Made by a program: the position numbers and the translations under genes | DNA from: an uncultured Acidimicrobiales bacterium | Lineage (GTDB): Bacteria; Actinomycetota; Acidimicrobiia; Acidimicrobiales; UBA10347 | DNA: 64,000 nucleotides | Assembly: GCA_963925805.1 (NCBI GenBank) | Contig: CAWUSE010000004.1 | Coordinates: 52,467-116,466 of the forward strand | Direction of reading: 5' to 3' | Notes under the pieces: generated by a model | Told to the model about the DNA's origin: nothing | Database searches by the model: none | What the model saw: the letters and a program-made list of their open reading frames with translations, nothing else | Part shown: piece after piece, positions 57,843 to 64,000 of the stretch | Layout of the letters: every line of letters starts with the position of its first letter | Position numbering within the stretch: the stretch's first letter is position 1

Positions 57843-58184
57843 ATGAGTTTGTATTACGTGCAGAAGTTTCTCTATGAGTTAAACCGCGACGAGGGCAAGC
57901 AGCAGGCCTATATGGCTGATCGCGATGCTGCGATTGCAAGCTTTGAGTTAACCAATGAAGAACGGGCCGCGCTCACGGCCCCGGACATCGGCATGCTGTT
58001 TCACCTTGGTGTGAACGGGCAAATCTTGATGCACTTTGCGGCGCTCCACCAGATCGAATGGGCCGACTATCTCCAGCGCATGCGCGACGGGATCCAAGCG
58101 CACGGTCCGGTCCGAGAAGGTGTGTACGCCATGACCGGCTACGAAGGAACCGACGTACATGCCAAGAGCCTGGGCCAGGAGTGA
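57843..58184 (+). CDS. LigA-like small subunit of a class III extradiol dioxygenase
   Basis: VQKFLYELNRDEGKQQAYMADRDAAIASFELTNEERAALTAPDIGMLFHLGVNGQIL follows the LigA-domain pattern (N.F...L.....R..F.......Y.LT..E..A...D...L...G.N). Confidence 0.6.
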   Translation: MSLYYVQKFLYELNRDEGKQQAYMADRDAAIASFELTNEERAALTAPDIGMLFHLGVNGQILMHFAALHQIEWADYLQRMRDGIQAHGPVREGVYAMTGYEGTDVHAKSLGQE

Positions 58185-58239
58185 CCTTGAAAGTGAATGC
58201 CTTGGTCCAATCAACTAGCGCCGAAACAGGAGAGAGCTG

Positions 58240-59088
58240 ATGCCACTTGTCTATGCAGGCGTGTGCAGTCACGCCCCCGGAATCACCGGGCGAGCCAACC
58301 AGGCCGACCCGACAGTCCGCGACGCGTTCTACGCATCGTTTGACCAGATGCGGCGCGATATCGAAGCCACCAAACCCGACGCGTTAGTCGTCATTGCTGC
58401 CGAACACTTCGCGAACTTCTTCATGGACAACATGCCCACTTTTGCTCTGGGCATGGCCGACTTCTACGACGGCCCCATCGAGGATGCTGGCTGGCTTGGC
58501 ATCGACAAATTTCGTGCCCCTGGCAATCGAGATTTGTCCGAACGGCTGATCAAGGAAGTCATGCAGACCGTCGATGTCAGCTACGCCGAAGAATGGAAGT
58601 TCGACCATGGCATTGCTGTGCCTCTGCACTTCTTGACGCCGAACTTCGACCTGCCGATCATCCCGGCCAACATCAATTGCCAAGGGCCACCACTTAGCCC
58701 ACTGTCGCGAGCGTGGGCGTTTGGCGAGGCGTTGCGCCGGGCGGCCGACGCGTTGCCCGAACGGATTGCACTAGTGGGTACCGGAGGGATCTCTCACTGG
58801 CCCGCCACACCGGACAGCGGCAAGATCAATGAACCCTGGGATCGTGACTTCCTGGATCGTTGGTGCCGTAACGACCGCGATGCATTGCTCGACTACGACG
58901 ATGGCACGGTCTACACCGATGCTGGCCAAGGCGGGTTCGAGATCCGAACGTTCATCACGGTGAGCGGAGCGGCGGCGGGCGCCACGGGCACGGTGCATTT
59001 CTATGAGCCCATTCCGATCTTTGCTGTGGGGTGCACTGTGGCTAGTTACGATCTGGGAGCAACCGTGGGGGTTGCCCGGTTGATCTGA
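58240..59088 (+). CDS. LigB-family class III extradiol ring-cleavage dioxygenase, probable homoprotocatechuate 2,3-dioxygenase catalytic subunit
   Basis: VCSHAPG, VVIAAEHFANFF, FDHGIAVPLHFL, GTGGISHWP are the LigB/HpaD-type motifs. Context with hpaE/F/G/H/I supports the call. Confidence 0.8.
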   Translation: MPLVYAGVCSHAPGITGRANQADPTVRDAFYASFDQMRRDIEATKPDALVVIAAEHFANFFMDNMPTFALGMADFYDGPIEDAGWLGIDKFRAPGNRDLSERLIKEVMQTVDVSYAEEWKFDHGIAVPLHFLTPNFDLPIIPANINCQGPPLSPLSRAWAFGEALRRAADALPERIALVGTGGISHWPATPDSGKINEPWDRDFLDRWCRNDRDALLDYDDGTVYTDAGQGGFEIRTFITVSGAAAGATGTVHFYEPIPIFAVGCTVASYDLGATVGVARLI

Positions 59089-59180
59089 TCCCCCAGGTCA
59101 AAGCGGGGTAGTCGTCGGCTGATTGTTCAAGATCTCGGCCGTTGCGGATGCAGTCGTTATTGAACATCTCCTAGGATGCC

Positions 59181-60467
59181 GTGATGCAGCCCGATCTCTC
59201 AGCGACCTACGACGCCGACACCATCAGTGACGTGGAAGGATTTTGGACCCGTCCCCATGCCGTCCGCGAAGGTGTGTTCCACCACTTGCGGCAACTCGAT
59301 GGCATGTACTTCTCGAACGAACGAGCGTTAGAACTCGACGGTGAGGTATTGATCCCCCCAGGGCCTGGCTATTACTCGGTTGTTCGACACGCAGAGATCG
59401 TCGAGGCGAGCCGCAAGCCTGAACTTTTCTGTTCGGGGCACGGCAGCAACATCGCCGACCTCCCTCCTGAATTCAACGAGTTCTTCGGCAACATGATCAA
59501 TATGGACGACCCGAAGCACGCTCGCATGCGGGGCATCGTGTCCCGGGCATTCACGCCCCGAGTCATTCAGCAGATCGAGGAGATCATTGCAGTTAAGGCT
59601 GCTCACATTGTCGCCTCGGTGGCGTCGAAGGGCGAATGCGACTTCGTCACAGAAATCGCTTCCCGGCTTCCACTCGCGATGATCTGTGACCTGATGGGTA
59701 TCGCCGAGGATAAATACGACACCGTCTTCGAACAATCCAACATCATCTTGTCAAATGGCGACCCCGAATACATACCCGAGGGGTCGAACCCCGTCGAGGC
59801 GCTTTTGCTTGCGGGCGCAAGCCTTGCTGAGATCATGAAAGACCTGGCCGCTGAACGTCAGCAGAATCCAGCTGATGACCTGACTACCGCGTTGCTGAAT
59901 GCCGAGTTTGATGGCGAGAAGCTGACCGACGAGGAGATCGGGTCGTTCTTCATCCTGCTGTGCGTTGCGGGGAACGAAACCACCCGCAACAGCATCAGTC
60001 ATGGCATCAAGCTGCTCACCGACAATCCCGAACAGCGTGCGTTGCTTATGAGCGACCTCGATGCGTATATGCCCAACGCGGTCGAAGAGATCGTCCGCAT
60101 GGCCTCGCCGGTGATGCACTTCCGCCGAACCGTAACCACCGACGGCACCATGCTCGGCAATCAAGAACTGAACGCAGGCGACAAGATTGTTCTTTGGTAC
60201 GGGTCGGGTAATCGTGATGAATCGGTATTCGAAAACCCGCACGAATTCGACATCAGTCGTGATAATTCTAGCCAAATTGGGTTCGGCGGTCCTGGTCCGC
60301 ACTTCTGCTTGGGGGCCCACCTCGCTCGGCGCCAAATCACTATGTTGTTCCGAGAGCTGCTGATCCAGTTGCCTGACATGTCGGTGGTCGGCGAGCCGGA
60401 CTACCTGCGCTCGAACTTCATCAACGGCATCAAGCACCTCAACGTCGAGTTCACTCCCGTTGGTTGA
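59181..60467 (+). CDS. Cytochrome P450 monooxygenase (CYP124/125/142-like N-terminal pattern)
   Basis: Heme loop FGGPGPHFCLGAHLA, EXXR (EEIVR), I-helix AGNETTRN, and DDPKHARMR. Confidence 0.9.
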   Translation: MMQPDLSATYDADTISDVEGFWTRPHAVREGVFHHLRQLDGMYFSNERALELDGEVLIPPGPGYYSVVRHAEIVEASRKPELFCSGHGSNIADLPPEFNEFFGNMINMDDPKHARMRGIVSRAFTPRVIQQIEEIIAVKAAHIVASVASKGECDFVTEIASRLPLAMICDLMGIAEDKYDTVFEQSNIILSNGDPEYIPEGSNPVEALLLAGASLAEIMKDLAAERQQNPADDLTTALLNAEFDGEKLTDEEIGSFFILLCVAGNETTRNSISHGIKLLTDNPEQRALLMSDLDAYMPNAVEEIVRMASPVMHFRRTVTTDGTMLGNQELNAGDKIVLWYGSGNRDESVFENPHEFDISRDNSSQIGFGGPGPHFCLGAHLARRQITMLFRELLIQLPDMSVVGEPDYLRSNFINGIKHLNVEFTPVG

Positions 60468-61026
60468 AAACGTGTCCCGTTGGGACGGCGCCAGAGCGCC
60501 GAGCTACGACGACAAATGGCAGCAGATGGTCAAGGATGGGGAGAATCCACACGGTGAGGCTGACTTTGTCGCCAGGTTCGCACCTGTGTCGGTTCTCGAC
60601 GCAGGGTGCGGAACCGGACGAGTTGCCATTGAACTCGCTGCTCGTGGGCTCGACGTCGTCGGTAGCGACATCGACGCTCAGATGCTGGCCCAGGCACACG
60701 TTAAGGCACCCGAGTTGGCGTGGGTGGAATCGGATCTTGGTTCATTGAACCTAGGTCGTACCTTCGACGTGGTTGTCATGGCCGGGAATGTGATCCTGTT
60801 TGTCGAGCCGGGAACCGAAGGGGCCTGTGTCGCGGGTGCAGCACGCCATGTCGGCGCAGGCGGGTATCTGATCGCTGGCTTCTCGTTGGCGCGTGGTGTC
60901 TCGACGAGCGCATGGGACGGCTGGCTTCGGAACGCTGGCTTGGAACCATTCGCCCGCTTCAGCAGTTGGTTCGGGGATCCGTTTGAAGACAGCGACTATG
61001 TCGTTTCGGTGGCGCATCGCGAGTAA
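60460..61026 (+). CDS. Class I SAM-dependent methyltransferase
   Basis: Motif I VLDAGCGTGRVAIELAARG, and an acidic residue after beta-2 (GSDID). Overlaps the P450 3' end by 8 nt. Confidence 0.8.
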   Translation: MVENVSRWDGARAPSYDDKWQQMVKDGENPHGEADFVARFAPVSVLDAGCGTGRVAIELAARGLDVVGSDIDAQMLAQAHVKAPELAWVESDLGSLNLGRTFDVVVMAGNVILFVEPGTEGACVAGAARHVGAGGYLIAGFSLARGVSTSAWDGWLRNAGLEPFARFSSWFGDPFEDSDYVVSVAHRE

Positions 61027-61242
61027 TCAGCCTTTGCAGGTCAGGAAACGGTTTGCCAGAAGCGCCGGAAACGTGAGCTGTTCACAGGATGAAGCCAGCC
61101 CCAGCAAGCGGTCCTTTGATGTTGTAGATGATGGCACCGGAGCCACTCATCATCAGTCGGTACCTCACGTCGGTCATCCAGATTGGTGGATGCCTTGGAG
61201 TCCAGTTTGAGTGTGGTGGCGAAGGTTCCTAGAGTTGAACGT

Positions 61243-61611
61243 ATGCCTCTTGATGCGATTCTCGACAGAACCTTTGCCGCCGCCGAGGCGAACGACTGGG
61301 CGACGTTTCGCTCGATGTTCGCCGACGACGCAGTGATGAAGCAGAACGTGGGTCCGGAACAGTCAATCGATCAAGCGATGAAGACGCTGCCGAGGCTGAC
61401 CGCCGACGGCACCACTTTGCGTTACGAGAACGTCCGACGGGTAGGTGGCAAATCGAACATCACCGAAATGCATGATGCGGTGTTCACCAAGCCAGACGGT
61501 CGGGTTGTGCGGATCGATCTTTGTGTCGTGGTGCAGTTCAACGAGGATGGCAAGATCACCCGAACCGATGAGTATCTCGATTCTGCCGCTACGACTGGCC
61601 TGCTGGGCTAA
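61243..61611 (+). CDS. NTF2/SnoaL-like fold protein
   Basis: About 122 aa. Typical N-terminal F.AA.ANDW..F...FADD.V and a C-terminal beta-sheet ending ...FNEDGKITRTDEY. Confidence 0.6.
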   Translation: MPLDAILDRTFAAAEANDWATFRSMFADDAVMKQNVGPEQSIDQAMKTLPRLTADGTTLRYENVRRVGGKSNITEMHDAVFTKPDGRVVRIDLCVVVQFNEDGKITRTDEYLDSAATTGLLG

Positions 61612-61823
61612 TCCGAGGCGCTTCCCCTGAGACGAAGCAGTGGATTACACGTTAGAACTGAGGCGTCGTCGCGATAGCTGCGGTGACCTACTCGTCGCTC
61701 ACGTACTCGCCGACCATCTTGCCTGCTACGGGCGACTTGTATGGGGCAAGGCCGAGGTGTCCATGTCCGCACAGGGCCGTCAAGATGAGGGTCTCGCTGC
61801 CTAACACGGGAGCAATTGACCGT

Positions 61824-63062
61824 CTAGGTGCGGGCGGGAGTTGGTACGACCAAAGCGACGAGAGCGACGACGACTGAGGCGATAGCGCACGCAATGACGA
61901 TGGGTTCGTAGGAATTGGAGAAGTCGTTGCCGATAGACAGGATGAGCGGGCCGATGGCCGATGCCCCAACGCCAGCGGTGGTGGCTATGCCCTTGATTGA
62001 ACCAATGTGTTCGATCCCAAACCATTTCGGATAAAGAGCGCCGGACAGGGCGCCAATGGCGCCGCCGCCCAGGCCCAAGGCCAGGCCGTAGAGTGCTGCC
62101 ATAACGCCAGGTTCCGCGACTGTTGCCAGGAACGTGCCAAGGCCAAGCATGGCCCCACCAAAGAACATGAGGGGTCGAGCCGGCAGCCGGTCGGTGAGCG
62201 AGCCGACGACGAAGCTGCTCGACACGCTGCCGATGAGTTGGGGGATAAAAATAGCCGCAGCCTGAGTCTTTGTTAAGCCCTGTTCGCCGAGCAGGTCGGT
62301 GTTGTGGAAAGTGAGAGCGGTGCTTACCGCACCCGCCATGAATCCGACGGCAGTGAGCGTCCAGAATGCAGGCGTGCGTATTGCCTCGGACACGGTGTAC
62401 GAACGACCGCGGATGAGGTTTGCTGGCTGATCACTGGCTTTGCCGTCAGGGACCTGGTCAATTTGCTCGGGGCGATCAACGATCGCGAATCGGGCAATGG
62501 GGACAAGCGTTATGGCAACGACTGCACCCAGGATCACCCAGGTGCTTCGCCATCCAAATGCTCGGATGAGGGCAGCAAAGGTCAGTGGAGCGAGTGACAG
62601 GATGGCGACAGTGCCCATGGTGTTCAAGGCCAGAGCGAAACCGCGTCGCCTTTCGAACCACATCACGACGCCCTGGGAACCAATCAGGCTGAGTGAGCCT
62701 TGCCCAAGCATGCGGAGCCCTACGAATGCGATCGCAAGCATCACGATGTTCTGCACCGTGCCGGTCAGCGCCACCGCAGCGGCGAAGCCGACGGAGACGA
62801 TGGTCAGAGTGTGCTTCACGCCGGTGCGATCGGCCCAGCGCCCAACGAAGGGCAGTGCCACCGCTCCTGTGAGCGTGCCAACCATATATGCAGTAGCTAC
62901 CGCAGACCGCGAGGTTCCTAGTGACTCGATGAGGTCGTCGGTAAAGGCAGATACCCCGATCGTCTGGCCCGGTGCTGTGAAGCCGCGCACGATGGTGCAG
63001 AACAGCAGCATGTGCCAGCCGTAGAACGCGTCTGGGCGGCGCGCTGATCGGGGTGAGAGCAT
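61824..63062 (-). CDS. MFS transporter (12 TM)
   Basis: 412 aa polytopic protein with an MFS motif-A-like GRWADRTGVKHTL. Confidence 0.85.
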   Translation of the reverse strand: MLSPRSARRPDAFYGWHMLLFCTIVRGFTAPGQTIGVSAFTDDLIESLGTSRSAVATAYMVGTLTGAVALPFVGRWADRTGVKHTLTIVSVGFAAAVALTGTVQNIVMLAIAFVGLRMLGQGSLSLIGSQGVVMWFERRRGFALALNTMGTVAILSLAPLTFAALIRAFGWRSTWVILGAVVAITLVPIARFAIVDRPEQIDQVPDGKASDQPANLIRGRSYTVSEAIRTPAFWTLTAVGFMAGAVSTALTFHNTDLLGEQGLTKTQAAAIFIPQLIGSVSSSFVVGSLTDRLPARPLMFFGGAMLGLGTFLATVAEPGVMAALYGLALGLGGGAIGALSGALYPKWFGIEHIGSIKGIATTAGVGASAIGPLILSIGNDFSNSYEPIVIACAIASVVVALVALVVPTPART

Positions 63063-63074
63063 GACAGCGTGCGC

Positions 63075-63848
63075 TTACAGCGTCGCGCAGGCGCGGGTCG
63101 CCGTGAGCAGGAGTTGATAGCGGAAAGCGGTGTCGCGATCGACGAGTTCGGTGGGGTCCCATTGCTCGCTATGCAGCGTGTCGGCGAGATAAAGCGCGTG
63201 TCCCAGGCGCACGTTTCGAAATGATGCGATCGCAGCGAGCGAGGCCAGTTCCATGTCCACAGCGATCGCGCCCTGGGCAACCCGCTGGGCAACCTTGGCC
63301 GAGGTCTCGCGGTAGAACGCATCGGTAGTCCAGGCGATACCGCGTGCGACTCGATTGCCAGCTGCTTGGTAGGCATCGTGCACGGTCGTCTGCATGCCGG
63401 GATCGGGGTACGCCATGAGCGATGCGGGGGCGTAGTGGTACGAGACGCCCTCGTCGCGGATCGCAGCGTCAGGTACAACTACGGTGCCAGGAGGCAGCTC
63501 GGGAACCAGCCCGCCAGATGACCCGATGGCAACGAAGTCAGTGCAACCAATAGCTATCAGAGCTTCGAACAGGGCCGCAGCAGCTGGCGCTCCAACGTTC
63601 GCCATGGTGACCAGGATCTTCTCGCCTTCGACATCGAACTCGTAGATCGGATTCACTACGGTCTCGAGCGTGAATCGATGACGCTCGGTCACGTCGTGGC
63701 TGTTCTCGAATTGGGAGAAGGCGTCGCCCATCCATGTGATGACGCAACGATGAGGAAGGCCTTCGATCGCTGGGTGCAGCTCTTGAGGTTCGATGATTGC
63801 AGCAATAGCGGGATCAAAGTCCAGGATTGGCGCGTGCTTGTCAGTCAC
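63075..63848 (-). CDS. Nucleoside phosphorylase, PNP/UDP family 1 (uridine/purine phosphorylase-like)
   Basis: MANVGAPAAA, AIGSSGGL and AVDMELASLAA motifs of the phosphorylase family. Confidence 0.75.
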   Translation of the reverse strand: MTDKHAPILDFDPAIAAIIEPQELHPAIEGLPHRCVITWMGDAFSQFENSHDVTERHRFTLETVVNPIYEFDVEGEKILVTMANVGAPAAAALFEALIAIGCTDFVAIGSSGGLVPELPPGTVVVPDAAIRDEGVSYHYAPASLMAYPDPGMQTTVHDAYQAAGNRVARGIAWTTDAFYRETSAKVAQRVAQGAIAVDMELASLAAIASFRNVRLGHALYLADTLHSEQWDPTELVDRDTAFRYQLLLTATRACATL

Positions 63849-64000
63849 CGAATGACCCTACTGCGAGGATCTCCCGGGGGACGCGTGTATGGCCACGTCG
63901 AAGTCCCGAGTTGCGAAGGGCTAGCTAAAGCGGCAAGTCGAGGTGGCTGGTGGGAGTAATGTGGGCAGTCGTGGACCGACCGTTAGTGGCCGAAGGGCTC

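Noticed and set aside
61688-61823. Protein-like tail (ETLILTALCGHGHLGLAPYKSPVAGKMVGEYVSDE*) just downstream of the MFS gene on the minus strand
   Set aside because: Only about 37 codons look meaningful, and the upstream part of that ORF overlaps the MFS gene and is low-complexity. It is too short to assign. It may be another gene remnant, but I cannot support that.
1-64000. Search for mobile elements, prophage, defence islands, rRNA/tRNA, RNase P, SRP or tmRNA signatures
   Set aside because: I saw no integrase, transposase or recombinase-like translations, no terminal inverted repeats flanking a cargo, no Cas or restriction-type genes, and none of the conserved RNA cores I know (e.g. GAGGAAAGTCC). 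Their absence by eye is not proof; a covariance-model scan would be decisive.

Overview
This is a GC-rich, gene-dense chromosomal segment with strong GC3 bias. It reads like an aerobic Actinomycetota genome: mycothiol-type DinB/MDMPI enzymes, EgtD, an Rv2466c-like DsbA protein, P450s and many 1-4 nt start/stop overlaps. I support about 60 protein-coding genes, one clear pseudogene, and a few hairpins and short repeats. I recognised no rRNA, tRNA, CRISPR array, transposase, integrase or phage genes. All family calls come from reading the translations and recognising motifs from memory; no database search was run. Main modules: (1) 1-5590 (-) is a tight five-gene corrinoid-dependent methyl-transfer operon (corrinoid protein, small protein of unknown function, methyl-THF:corrinoid methyltransferase, RACo/RamA-like activase, non-pyrrolysine MttB homologue cut by the window edge). 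The carrier has an acidic N-terminal tail and its partners have poly-Arg tails. (2) 5754-8648 is a lower-GC, decayed stretch holding an orphan Flp pilin gene, an egtB remnant with four in-frame stops, an intact egtD, and an ORF-poor tract. (3) 13213-19611 (-) holds a ClC-CBS-USP channel, an EEP nuclease/phosphatase, and a thiol-redox run (two MDMPI/DinB proteins, an SDR, a monothiol DsbA-like protein). (4) 20794-25284 has TauE and a ThDP enzyme facing AtuA divergently. (5) 33443-37851 has a His-rich Ni/Co exporter followed by three alpha/beta hydrolases. (6) 37967-45290 has gabD, an EthD protein, an FMN 2-hydroxyacid dehydrogenase and pyruvate carboxylase. (7) 51451-61026 is a homoprotocatechuate meta-cleavage supercluster (hpaG-R-H-I and hpaF-E plus a LigA/LigB-type dioxygenase). 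It is bracketed by two operon-linked cytochrome P450s and a SAM methyltransferase, and I saw no HpaBC-type hydroxylase. I found no compelling defence or mobile system. The most unusual items are the charge-complementary tails in the corrinoid operon, the P450-linked hpa cluster and the substitution-only decay of egtB.
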